In this document: one piece after another, positions 45,107 through 54,035 of the stretch | Numbering within the stretch: the stretch's first letter is position 1 | Layout of the letters: each line of letters starts with the position of its first letter | Source of the DNA: Candidatus Nanopelagicales bacterium | GTDB lineage: Bacteria; Actinomycetota; Actinomycetes; S36-B12 | Reading direction: 5' to 3' | Length of the DNA stretch: 64,000 nucleotides | Assembly: GCA_044374195.1 (NCBI GenBank) | Contig: JBILOY010000004.1 | Span: forward strand, 2,514-66,513 | The notes under the pieces: generated by a model | The model's database searches: none | Seen by the model: only the letters and a program-made list of their open reading frames with translations | Told to the model about the DNA's origin: nothing | Made by a program: the position numbers and the translations under genes

Positions 45107-45344
45107 GATCTGTAGTCCTCGGGGTGTAAGGCTCGGTATGAAATCAATGGCTTAGGCTTTTCGTCCTACCAGGGCAAAAGGATAACGCGGTGTTGAACGC
45201 GAGGGTTCCTTTCTGTTTAAGAATTGCCGAGATCACGGCTTCACTGTGATCGCTCAGGCGGTGGACGACGCAAGGTTTGCGATGAATTTCTCCCGGCTTC
45301 GGCCCAGGTTCGGTAGTTTCTCCCCATCCGCCTGAAGGAGGCCT

Positions 45345-46196
45345 ATGTCTATCGATCCGAACATCGTCCCGAACATCGCCCTCAACGACGGCACGACCAT
45401 TCCCCAGATCGGATTCGGTCTATGGCAGGTGCCCCCGGTCGAGGCTGAGGCTGCGACCGCCGAGGCGCTGCTGGTCGGTTACCGCCACGTCGACAGCGCT
45501 GCTGTCTACGCGAATGAGGCGGAGGCCGGGGCAGCCGTCGCGAAGAGCGGGCTTTCTCGTTCCGACGTCTATGTCACGACCAAGATGTGGAATCCCGATC
45601 ATGGCTACGACAACGCCATGCGTGCCTTCGACACCAGCATGAGCAAGCTCGGCTTCGAGTATCTCGATCTGTTCCTTATTCACTGGCAGTGCGTTCCGCT
45701 GGGCAAGTACGTCGAGACCTGGAAGGCGCTCATTGACATCCAGAAGTCAGGTCGCGTGCGCTCGATCGGTGTCTCCAACTTCAAGGAGCCTGCACTGCGC
45801 GAGATCATCGACGTCACCGGCGTCGTCCCGGTGCTCAACCAGATCGAGCTGCACCCGTGGTTCCCGCAGCTCGACATGCGTGCGGTGCATGCTGAGTACG
45901 GCATTGCGACCGAGTCGTGGAGCCCGCTGGCTTCAGGTCAGCTGATCGATAACGAGTTGCTGGCAGCCATCGGCGCCAAGCACGGTAAGTCGACTGCTCA
46001 GGTGATGATCCGCTGGCACCTCCAGGAAGGCCTGATCGTGCTGCCGAAGTCGGTCACGCCCTCGCGCATCGCGGAGAACATCGACGTGTTCGGCTTCGAG
46101 CTCGATGCCGACGACATGGCCGCGATCGCGACCCTGGAGAACGGCTACCGCACCGGGCCTGACCCGGATGACTTCTTGATGATGACCTGGGAGTAG
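45345..46196 (+). CDS. Aldo/keto reductase (2,5-diketo-D-gluconate-reductase-like)
   Basis: GYRHVDSAAVY, LFLIHW and NQIELHP blocks. GAAGGAGG RBS. Confidence 0.9.
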   Translation: MSIDPNIVPNIALNDGTTIPQIGFGLWQVPPVEAEAATAEALLVGYRHVDSAAVYANEAEAGAAVAKSGLSRSDVYVTTKMWNPDHGYDNAMRAFDTSMSKLGFEYLDLFLIHWQCVPLGKYVETWKALIDIQKSGRVRSIGVSNFKEPALREIIDVTGVVPVLNQIELHPWFPQLDMRAVHAEYGIATESWSPLASGQLIDNELLAAIGAKHGKSTAQVMIRWHLQEGLIVLPKSVTPSRIAENIDVFGFELDADDMAAIATLENGYRTGPDPDDFLMMTWE

Positions 46197-46262
46197 TCGG
46201 CATCGCCTTGATCACAGGTGTCGCTGCCTGACTCGCGTGGGACGCGACCGTAGCCTCTTTAT

Positions 46263-46655
46263 ATGAGCACCAAGGCCCCACGTTCGGCGGCAGGCCGCCC
46301 TTCGCGGAAGCAGGGAGAATCTCGTCCGCCGAACCGGCGGTGGACTGCTCGCCAGGTAATCGCTGGCGTGGGTGCATTTGCGGTGGTGGTTGTGGTGGCA
46401 GTCAGCGGGAGCTTCATTGCTGGCGATGACTCTTCCGCACCGGATGCCAAGGCTGAATGCGGCTGGAATCTCAGCACCACCGCGGGTCAGGAAGCGAATG
46501 CCATGTACCTGAATGAGGCTGCACAGTGGATCGCGGAGCGTGATCCCTTCTCAACCGAGACGCCTCCTGCCCCGACTAGCGAGTACTGGCTCGGGGAGTG
46601 CGCGAGCAAGCCTGTGCCGCCGCCGATTGACGAGGCCCACCCGCATGATGAATAG
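46263..46655 (+). CDS. Small membrane-anchored Cys/Pro-rich protein, paralog of 6080..6412
   Basis: TM segment VGAFAVVVVVAV, plus the same CGWNLSTTAG / YWLGEC / PPIDEA blocks. Confidence 0.55.
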   Translation: MSTKAPRSAAGRPSRKQGESRPPNRRWTARQVIAGVGAFAVVVVVAVSGSFIAGDDSSAPDAKAECGWNLSTTAGQEANAMYLNEAAQWIAERDPFSTETPPAPTSEYWLGECASKPVPPPIDEAHPHDE

Positions 46656-46717
46656 AAAGTCTGCTCCCGCGAATGGCCCCGGCTGACGATGGTGCAATTG
46701 ACTGGGCAGAGGCCTTC

Positions 46718-47323
46718 TCAGGCCTTTTGGCTGAGGCCGATGAGCAGCGCGTCAATCATCGCCATGTAGTTCGCGGCGCGATCAGCGGCGAAGTGCACGC
46801 CAGCGATCTCGAGGCTGACAGCACCGTGCATCGCGCTCCACATCTGTTGCGCGACTTCGGTGCTGTTGCCTTCGGTGAGATCACCGGAGTTCATGGCGTC
46901 CTGAACACGATTGATGAGGATGACGAAGGTGCGCTTCGCGGCGTCCTGCGCCTCGGCTGAGAGCTCGAGCAGCATCATCTGCTCGAACATCAGGTGGTAG
47001 AGCTGCGGGTTGTCGATGGCGAATTGTCGGTAGCCGGCGCAACCTTCGCGCAGCCGTCTGATCGGGCTGGGGGAGGGCGGCGGCTCAATCGCTGCCTCGA
47101 GTTCGTGGAAGCCGTGCACGAACAGGGCCTCGAGGAGGCCGTCCTTGCTGCCGAAGCGCGAGTAGACGCCCATGTGGGCGACTTCGGCACGGGACGCAAC
47201 AGCGCGCACGGTCAGCGAGGCGAGGCCTTCTGCCTCGAGTAAGGCCAGGGCAGCCACGAACAGCGAGTCGGTGACCTCGATGCTCGCAGTGCGGGTGCGT
47301 GCCCCTTGCCTGATGGCTGCCAT
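46718..47323 (-). CDS. TetR-family transcriptional regulator (divergent from the DHA2 MFS gene)
   Basis: HTH LTVRAVASRAEVAHMGVYSRF. ORF-track frame trimmed to ATG 47323 (alternative 47344). Confidence 0.85.
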   Translation of the reverse strand: MAAIRQGARTRTASIEVTDSLFVAALALLEAEGLASLTVRAVASRAEVAHMGVYSRFGSKDGLLEALFVHGFHELEAAIEPPPSPSPIRRLREGCAGYRQFAIDNPQLYHLMFEQMMLLELSAEAQDAAKRTFVILINRVQDAMNSGDLTEGNSTEVAQQMWSAMHGAVSLEIAGVHFAADRAANYMAMIDALLIGLSQKA

Positions 47324-47377
47324 GGCTCTAGCATACCGTCCCATAGATAAAGAACAACGTTCTATAAGGAGAGCGGC

Positions 47378-48910
47378 ATGAGCAACCTGAGTACTGGTCG
47401 ACGCTGGTTGGCCCTGGGCGTGCTCTGCCTGAGCCTGCTGCTGGCCGTGGTCGACAACACGATCGTCAATGTTGCCCTGCCGACCCTGAACGAGGAGCTC
47501 GGCGCCGGCACGACCGAGCTTCAGTGGATCGTCGATGCCTACACCCTCGTGTTCTCGGCACTGCTGCTCACGATGGGGCACCTGGGCGATCGCTTCGGCC
47601 GCAGGCGAATTCTGCAGCTCGGCCTGGTGATCTTCGCGATTACTTCTGCGCTCGCCGCCTTCTCGGCTACTTCGGGCCAGCTGATCGGCGCACGCGCATT
47701 AATGGGTATCGGTGCCGCGATGATCTTCCCCGCGACGCTCGCGATTTTGGTGAACATCTTCACCGATCCCAAGGAGCGCGCAGCAGCGATTGGCATCTGG
47801 ACAGCCATGGTGGGTGTTGCCGTGGCGATCGGCCCGATCACCGGCGGCCTGCTGCTCGAGCACTTCGCGTGGGGTTCGATCTTCCTGGTGAACATTCCCG
47901 TGGTCATCATCGCGATGGTGCTGGGTGCGCTGTTCCTGCCCGAGTCACGCGACCCGAAGGTCGGCTCAATGGATTACCGCGGTCTGGTGCTCTCGGCAGC
48001 GGGTGTCGGGCTGGTTATCTGGGCCATCATCGAAGCGCCGAACCTGGGCTGGACCTCAGCGGCCTTCCTGTCAGCACTGATCGGCGGGCTCGCGCTTCTC
48101 GCCATCTTCACTCTCGTCGAACGACGTCTCGAGCATCCGATGCTCGATGTTCGTCTATTCAAGAACGCCCGCTTCAGCGCAGCAAGCCTCTCGGTGACCA
48201 CCGCATTCTTCGCGCTCTTCGGCTTCATTTTCCTGATCACGCAGTTCCTGCAACTAGTGCAGGGCTTCTCTCCGCTTGAGGCAGGCATCCGAACACTGCC
48301 GTTCGCTATCGCTACCGGCGTGATGTCGCCCCTGGCAATCGTGCTGATGCACAAGTTCGGATCCAAGGCGATTGTCTCCCTCGGCCTACTTGTGATGGCT
48401 GCAGGCTTCCTGATCGCCGCCACCATCGAGGTCGATACTCCTTACTTCGGCGCCGTGATCATCTCGATGGTCACCATCGCTGCCGGTCTCGGTCTTGCCA
48501 CGAGCCCTGCTACTGAGGCGATCATGGGCGCGTTGCCTGCCGAACAAGCTGGTGCTGGTTCTGCAGTCAATGACACCACCCGCGAGTTGGGCGGCACGCT
48601 TGGTGTCGCAATCGTGGGCTCGGTGTTCCTCAGTGTTTACGGCGCGAAGGTCGTCGAGGGCTATCGCAGTCTCGGGCTGCCTGAGCAATACGAGTCGGTC
48701 GTGCGTGATTCCATGGGCGGCGGCCTCGGTGTTGCAGCTCAGTTGCCGGAAGGCCCCGCTGCGCAGCTTGCGGCGTTCGTCCAGAGCGCATTTGTCGACG
48801 GTCTCTCACGCGGTTCGCTCGTGTCAGCGGGTGTCGTGGTCATCGGCGCCATTGTGGCCTTGAAGTTCTTGCCTGCCCGCGCCAAGGCTCACGAGGATTC
48901 CCGCGTCTGA
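47378..48910 (+). CDS. MFS transporter, DHA2/EmrB-like 14-TM drug:H+ antiporter
   Basis: 510 aa. LGDRFGRRR motif and 14 hydrophobic segments. AAGGAGAG RBS. Confidence 0.9.
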   Translation: MSNLSTGRRWLALGVLCLSLLLAVVDNTIVNVALPTLNEELGAGTTELQWIVDAYTLVFSALLLTMGHLGDRFGRRRILQLGLVIFAITSALAAFSATSGQLIGARALMGIGAAMIFPATLAILVNIFTDPKERAAAIGIWTAMVGVAVAIGPITGGLLLEHFAWGSIFLVNIPVVIIAMVLGALFLPESRDPKVGSMDYRGLVLSAAGVGLVIWAIIEAPNLGWTSAAFLSALIGGLALLAIFTLVERRLEHPMLDVRLFKNARFSAASLSVTTAFFALFGFIFLITQFLQLVQGFSPLEAGIRTLPFAIATGVMSPLAIVLMHKFGSKAIVSLGLLVMAAGFLIAATIEVDTPYFGAVIISMVTIAAGLGLATSPATEAIMGALPAEQAGAGSAVNDTTRELGGTLGVAIVGSVFLSVYGAKVVEGYRSLGLPEQYESVVRDSMGGGLGVAAQLPEGPAAQLAAFVQSAFVDGLSRGSLVSAGVVVIGAIVALKFLPARAKAHEDSRV

Positions 48911-48974
48911 TTTCGGTGTTATTGTCGAAAAGCAGAGGTGAGACACGCTTCTTCGCAGAAAGAAGTGAGTCGTC

Positions 48975-49847
48975 ATGAAGTCATTTGTCCTCGCCACCGG
49001 AATCTCGCTCGGCCTCGCGGCAGTTCTCGCCGCGCCGATCGCTTCGGCAGCACCGAACGATGCTGCGTCGCTGAGTGTTGGCCCCGCGCGAATTTTGAGC
49101 GCAGCATGGGGTCTCAACGATGGCAACAAGTGCCCGACAGGCCAGACGGGACTCGACAACATCCCGGTCACCTTCAACTGGTTCATCAAGAACTCGTCGA
49201 TTGCTGTCACCGACTTCGTCATCACTCGTGACGACGGCACCACGGTAACTCCGACCTGCGCACTGCAGTACCCGCCGAATGAGCTCAACGAAGCACAAAC
49301 GGTGAACCTCATCGGTGTCTTCGGCGATCCGGCTGCTGCGAGACCGATCACGGTCACTGTCGTCGGCGAGCTCGAGGGGCATCCGCCGCTGGGCAGCATC
49401 TGGCAGACCATTACCCCCGGCCTGTCGAGCCCGATCGTCCAGATCGAAGCCGGCCCCGACATCTCTGCGGCTTGGCGCCTCACCCCGGCGCTGATGAAGG
49501 GCGATACGAATGCCTGCACCGTGGGCAAGACTTTCGTGCGTGTGGTGTGGTCGAACGGGATGACCGCCTATCCGACTGGCGCCGAGCTCGGTGACGCTGC
49601 AGTGAAGTCCTACAACGCGATCTTCACCCTGCCCAGTGGCAAGCGCATCAACGTGCGCCCGTTGGCCGTGGCCGATCTTGCTGATCACGCCACCGCGGCG
49701 ATGGACGACAACATGCACGATCTCTGCTTGCCGAAGGTGCCCGTCGGCGCTCGGTTGACCGAGGTGCGGATCGGGGCGAACTTCCTTCAGGATCCCAATG
49801 GGGATCCGAATCTGGTGCAGCGCTTCAAGGTGCGCAGTCTCCTGTAG
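48975..49847 (+). CDS. Secreted protein, unknown function
   Basis: Signal peptide LGLAAVLAAPIASAAP. No recognisable motif. Confidence 0.6.
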   Translation: MKSFVLATGISLGLAAVLAAPIASAAPNDAASLSVGPARILSAAWGLNDGNKCPTGQTGLDNIPVTFNWFIKNSSIAVTDFVITRDDGTTVTPTCALQYPPNELNEAQTVNLIGVFGDPAAARPITVTVVGELEGHPPLGSIWQTITPGLSSPIVQIEAGPDISAAWRLTPALMKGDTNACTVGKTFVRVVWSNGMTAYPTGAELGDAAVKSYNAIFTLPSGKRINVRPLAVADLADHATAAMDDNMHDLCLPKVPVGARLTEVRIGANFLQDPNGDPNLVQRFKVRSLL

Positions 49848-49897
49848 CCTCGCCAGGAGCGTCCGATGGGCGACGTCATCGAGCCTTCGGGGGAACT

Positions 49898-50905
49898 ATG
49901 TGCACGAACTTCAAGACCAAGAAGGCCACTGACGGAAGCGTGGTCATCGGGCGCAGCCTCGAGTTCCCGACGTATATGCCGACCGCACTGGCGGCTCTGC
50001 CCTCCAATCACGCGGGCGTCGGCGTGGCGTCAGGCGGAAAGCCGGGCAAGAGCTGGGCAGCGACCCACGGCATCGTCGGGATGTGTGCCTTCGGCAAGCC
50101 CGAGCTGCTCATCGATGGCATGAATGATGCAGGGCTTTCTGCGCACCTCCTCTATATGCCCGGTGGCTACTGCACCTATCAGCCATTCAAGGGCGACGGC
50201 ACCGATCTCTCCGAGGCTGACCTCATCGCCTACCTGCTGGGCACCTGCTCCAGCATCGCCGAGGTCAAAGCGGCAATGGCCGGCGTGAATGTCTGGGGTT
50301 TCGATCCGGGCATGGGCTTCGCTCCGCCGATTCATTGCCTGGTGCACGATGCCGCCAGTTCGATCGCGATCGAGTTCCATGCCACGGGTTGGACGATTGT
50401 CGACAATCCGACCGGTGTCGGCACGAATGCGCCCTACCTGGACTGGCATCTGACGAACCTGAACAACTACGTGGGCATCAGCAACGACACCCCGGCTGCT
50501 CAGACCTTCGGGTCATTCACGATCACTTCGCTAGGCCAGGGTCAAGGGCTGATGGGCCTGCCAGGTGACTTCACCCCGCCGGCGCGCTTCGTGCGCGCTG
50601 CGGCGCAGGTGGCGCTCTCCGACGTTCCCGCCACGGGAGCCCAGGCTGAGCAGTTCACCATGCACATCCTGAACTCCTTCGACATGGTGCCCGGCATCGC
50701 CAAAGAGTCCTTCGGAGCCGCGGGCATGGTCGACGAGGTCACTGTCTGGGACACCATCTGCAATCTCACGGGCAAGCGTTACGCGTATCGCACGGTGACT
50801 GACCCGACCTGGTACGTCGTGGAGCTTGCGTCAACCGACTTCACCAAGCCCGCGCGCGTGCGGGCGATCTCGTTCACCGGTGACTTCGCTCCGGTGAGCA
50901 TCTGA
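49898..50905 (+). CDS. Choloylglycine-hydrolase-family Ntn linear-amide hydrolase
   Basis: MCTNF N-terminal nucleophile Cys2, plus GRSLEF and NAPYLDWH blocks. Confidence 0.85.
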   Translation: MCTNFKTKKATDGSVVIGRSLEFPTYMPTALAALPSNHAGVGVASGGKPGKSWAATHGIVGMCAFGKPELLIDGMNDAGLSAHLLYMPGGYCTYQPFKGDGTDLSEADLIAYLLGTCSSIAEVKAAMAGVNVWGFDPGMGFAPPIHCLVHDAASSIAIEFHATGWTIVDNPTGVGTNAPYLDWHLTNLNNYVGISNDTPAAQTFGSFTITSLGQGQGLMGLPGDFTPPARFVRAAAQVALSDVPATGAQAEQFTMHILNSFDMVPGIAKESFGAAGMVDEVTVWDTICNLTGKRYAYRTVTDPTWYVVELASTDFTKPARVRAISFTGDFAPVSI

Positions 50906-51963
50906 TGAGCGCTGCTGCTCCGGCTTCGAAGCCGCTGTACGCGAAGCTCGGCAAGCGGGCCTTGATCTCGACGATTGTCGTCCTGATCAGCGTCATTCCC
51001 TCGGTCGTACTGCTGGCCATCACCAAGGAACCTGCGGTCACGTGGGCGACTGGCGCATTCATCCTCGGCTTTGTTGCCGTGCTGATGGGTGGGGCAGGGG
51101 TGGCGACATACACGGTCTTCATCACCGCGATCGCCACACCGGTGGCCATCGTTGTTGGCGCTACACCGATCGCCGGTGCTGCCTTCATGGCGTTGATGTG
51201 CCTGGTGCTCGGGCGCATGTCGCACTACGGCCTGCAGCGCGCCACCATGCTCGTGCCGATCTTCATGGCCTGGATGATCATCTCGCCGCCGTTCTGGGGC
51301 GCCGACAAGGTCGTGGATCGCACTGACAGCACCTTCCTCATCTGGATGGCGATCACCTTCTTCGTCGGTGGCATCGTTCCCGTGCTGGTCTTCCCGCACT
51401 TCCTTCGCAAGCTGCGCCTGCCGGCTCCCAAGCCCCATCCGCGCAGCGAGTCGGCCCCTTACACAATCGTGATCACCGTGCTGTGCACGGGCGTGACCTA
51501 CTGGGTGCTCGCCGATGCCAAGCAATATGCAGGAGCGTGGCTGATCTCGACAATCATCGTGTTGGTACAGGTGGGCGATGTTGGCACGGTGAGCAAGACG
51601 ATCCAGCGCGTGATCGGAACCCTGCTCGGCATGCTCGTGGTCACAGTGCTCGTGCTCCAGGTGCACTCGATGGTCGTGCTCTACGTCATCGGTCTCGTCT
51701 TCGGTATCGCAGCCCTGACTGCCAAGTTCAGCCCGCACTACTGGGTCTACATGGCGCTCATCACCCCGACGATCATCTGCTTCACCGCTTCATCGAGCAC
51801 CCAGGTCGCCAACCTGGGGGAGCAGCGAGCTCAGGATGTACTGATCGGTGCCGCACTCGTGCTGCTCGCTTCGGCAATCACCATCGGGTACTCGCACATC
51901 ACGAAGAAGAGCGGGCAGGCGCCGACTCAGGATGCGCCTGCGGTGGCCGGGGTGCACGTCTAG
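50905..51963 (+). CDS. Polytopic membrane protein (FUSC/aromatic-acid-exporter-like, tentative)
   Basis: TGATG junction with the hydrolase gene. Ten or so hydrophobic segments. Confidence 0.55.
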   Translation: MSAAAPASKPLYAKLGKRALISTIVVLISVIPSVVLLAITKEPAVTWATGAFILGFVAVLMGGAGVATYTVFITAIATPVAIVVGATPIAGAAFMALMCLVLGRMSHYGLQRATMLVPIFMAWMIISPPFWGADKVVDRTDSTFLIWMAITFFVGGIVPVLVFPHFLRKLRLPAPKPHPRSESAPYTIVITVLCTGVTYWVLADAKQYAGAWLISTIIVLVQVGDVGTVSKTIQRVIGTLLGMLVVTVLVLQVHSMVVLYVIGLVFGIAALTAKFSPHYWVYMALITPTIICFTASSSTQVANLGEQRAQDVLIGAALVLLASAITIGYSHITKKSGQAPTQDAPAVAGVHV

Positions 51964-52008
51964 CCCATCTCGTTCAGCCCGAATGAGCCACGCAAAGTTC
52001 GAGCGTGG

Positions 52009-52821
52009 TCAGTGAAGCAGGCTTTGTGCGGCTTTCAGTAGTGGTGTTGCTGACTCCGGCAGGCCGGGGCGAGCACCGAGCAACTCGATTGTGCGGAGAG
52101 TCTCGGCATCGTAGGTGCCGGACGCTTCTGCACGCGCGGTCTCGTCGGCGAACCCGTAGACGACGGCCATCTCGAGCGCGTTCCGGTTCATTCCGTAGTT
52201 CAGAGCGCACTCGCTCGTGCCGAATGGCTTCTTGGTGACAACTTCGAAGTCTTCGCCGGTCCAATCACCGGTGGCTCCCATCGAGTGGTGGTTGAGCAGA
52301 TCGACGACGGGGATGAGCACGCGTTCAGGTGCCTCGCCCTCGGTCATTGGAATACGGAAACAGCGGTTTGCCCACAGCACATCGGTGGCGGCCAAGATCG
52401 GATTGCGAAAGCTCGGAATGAGAGTGCGCACGGCATCAACGAGATCGTCGGGAAGGTTCGGATCGAGGCTGGGGTGCGTGCGCTGCATCCACTCGATCTT
52501 CCCGCAGGCGTTATGCAGGGCAACTTGCAGGTAGAGCATCTCGGTCTCAATGTCGCTGAACTCGTCAGGCACCTCGACGATCACCATGCGGCCTTCCTGC
52601 TCGGCCCAGGTGACGCGATCGACGCGCACGAAGCACTCGCGGGGAATGCGGAGCATGGGGGAGTTGTCGTCCGCACAGGACTCGAGGCTTAATTGGCCGT
52701 CTCGCTCGATGAGCCTGATAGTCGGAGCGATGAACCCACCCGCCTCGCGGATGATCTCGAGAGTGCCGGCCAGGAGATCCGCCACGAGCGGACTTTCGGC
52801 GTCGACGAGCGGATGACTCAT
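52009..52821 (-). CDS. SET-domain-like protein (tentative)
   Basis: IPVVDLLNHH and ECALNYG resemble the SET NH and post-SET-proximal motifs. Start moved from 52914 to ATG 52821 because 52886-53053 holds another gene. Confidence 0.45.
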   Translation of the reverse strand: MSHPLVDAESPLVADLLAGTLEIIREAGGFIAPTIRLIERDGQLSLESCADDNSPMLRIPRECFVRVDRVTWAEQEGRMVIVEVPDEFSDIETEMLYLQVALHNACGKIEWMQRTHPSLDPNLPDDLVDAVRTLIPSFRNPILAATDVLWANRCFRIPMTEGEAPERVLIPVVDLLNHHSMGATGDWTGEDFEVVTKKPFGTSECALNYGMNRNALEMAVVYGFADETARAEASGTYDAETLRTIELLGARPGLPESATPLLKAAQSLLH

Positions 52822-52885
52822 GAGTGCGTCCTTGGTCGATGCTTCCCTGGTCGATGCTTCCTTGGCCGAAACTGCTGCAGGTGAT

Positions 52886-53053
52886 TCACGGGCGCCGCTT
52901 GGTGAAGAGGTCAATCAATTCGCGCCAGAACGGTGGCTTTGGCGGATTCTTGACCTCGATGGCATCCCACTTCCAGCCATTCCAATGACGGCGGAGCGCG
53001 GGATTGTCATCATCGTCGTACCAACCTGGGTCGCGCTCGAACTCAGCGCTCAT
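52886..53053 (-). CDS. DUF2510-like small protein (55 aa, absent from the ORF track)
   Basis: MSAEFERDPGWYDDDDNPALRRHWNGWKW... carries the GWY.D....RYWDG..W signature. Its ATG overlaps the S4-gene stop (ATGA). Confidence 0.6.
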   Translation of the reverse strand: MSAEFERDPGWYDDDDNPALRRHWNGWKWDAIEVKNPPKPPFWRELIDLFTKRRP

Positions 53054-53433
53054 TCGCGACCCATCAGTTTCTCGACCTGACGGCGATCACGCTTCGTTGG
53101 TCGACCCGAACCACGGTCTCGGGTTCCGGTGCTCACGCGTTCTTCCTTGGGCGGCTCCGGGGGAGTGAGATCTTCGTACATCGTTACCGCGACTGGTGCG
53201 CCCACCCGCTTATCGAGGAGTCCGACAACCTTTACGATGCGCTCGCCTCGAGTGTCACGGATGCGGATGGTGTCGCCGATCTTGACCGACTGCGCCGGCT
53301 TGGCGCTCGCTGCATTGACCTTCACGTGGCCGGCTTTGACTGCCGCAGTCGCCGCTGAGCGTGTCGGAAACAGGCGCACTGCCCAGGTCCACGCGTCAAC
53401 GCGAGCGCTGGTGGGCGTGGGGCTAGATGGCAT
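53050..53433 (-). CDS. S4-domain RNA-binding protein (Hsp15-like)
   Basis: RVDAWTWAVRLFPTRSAATAAVKAGHVKVNAASAKPAQSVKIGDTIRI. Confidence 0.75.
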   Translation of the reverse strand: MPSSPTPTSARVDAWTWAVRLFPTRSAATAAVKAGHVKVNAASAKPAQSVKIGDTIRIRDTRGERIVKVVGLLDKRVGAPVAVTMYEDLTPPEPPKEERVSTGTRDRGSGRPTKRDRRQVEKLMGRE

Positions 53434-53516
53434 GAGCTCAGACTACGAGCCGATGCCGCGATTAGGGGAAGTTCGCCCCGCCATCGACATCTCGGCCCTA
53501 ATGTCATGCCACGGGG

Positions 53517-53570
53517 CAGCACCTACAAGGCAATATCTACAAGTCATACCCACAAGGCATACCTACAAGA
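53517..53570 (+). repeat. Four tandem 13-14-nt direct repeats, core C(T/C)ACAAG
   Basis: Cores at 53523, 53537, 53550 and 53563. The last two units are CATACC(C/T)ACAAG. The array ends 16 nt before ATG 53586. Confidence 0.7.
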
Positions 53571-53585
53571 CAGGGACATCACGAC

Positions 53586-54035
53586 ATGCATCGTCTCGAG
53601 GATCGCGCCGAGATTCAGGATCAGATGTTCGTCTATTCCCGGGCGACCGACTGGCTGGAGACCGAGAACCACTTGCGCGTCTTCGCGGAGGAATGCGTAT
53701 TCGCCTCCCCGCATAGTGGAGATATCCACGGGGCGCAGACTGTGGTCGACTGGATGAATAGAGTGCTGGCCCAGTTCGAGGCGACTCAGCACTTGATCTC
53801 GAACATCACGATCACCTTCACTGGCGAACACACGGCTGACGCAGTGAGTTACGTGCGTGCCTGGCATCGATTCCTCGACCAGACCAAGCCCGACATGATC
53901 CTGTGGGGCGAGTACCACGACAAGTGGGAGCGAATCTCTGGCACCTGGCGGATCCGCGAGCGTCGAGTGCTCGAAGCGGGCATCGAGCCACGTCGCGATG
54001 GCGGCGCCGTAAATCCACGTCGGGCCAAGCAGTGA
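53586..54035 (+). CDS. SnoaL-like / NTF2-family protein
   Basis: MHRLEDRAEIQDQMFVYSRATD is typical of SnoaL_4. Confidence 0.7.
   Translation: MHRLEDRAEIQDQMFVYSRATDWLETENHLRVFAEECVFASPHSGDIHGAQTVVDWMNRVLAQFEATQHLISNITITFTGEHTADAVSYVRAWHRFLDQTKPDMILWGEYHDKWERISGTWRIRERRVLEAGIEPRRDGGAVNPRRAKQ

Noticed and set aside
50779-51738. 319-aa minus-strand ORF rich in His/Asp/Arg
   Set aside because: It is antisense to the polytopic membrane gene 50905-51963 and has no motif, RBS or start context.
52833-52862. Tandem 15-bp duplication considered as a protein repeat (KEASTREASTKD) or micro-CRISPR
   Set aside because: There are only two copies and no spacers. After re-annotating the DUF2510-like gene, the repeat most likely lies in a 5' leader.
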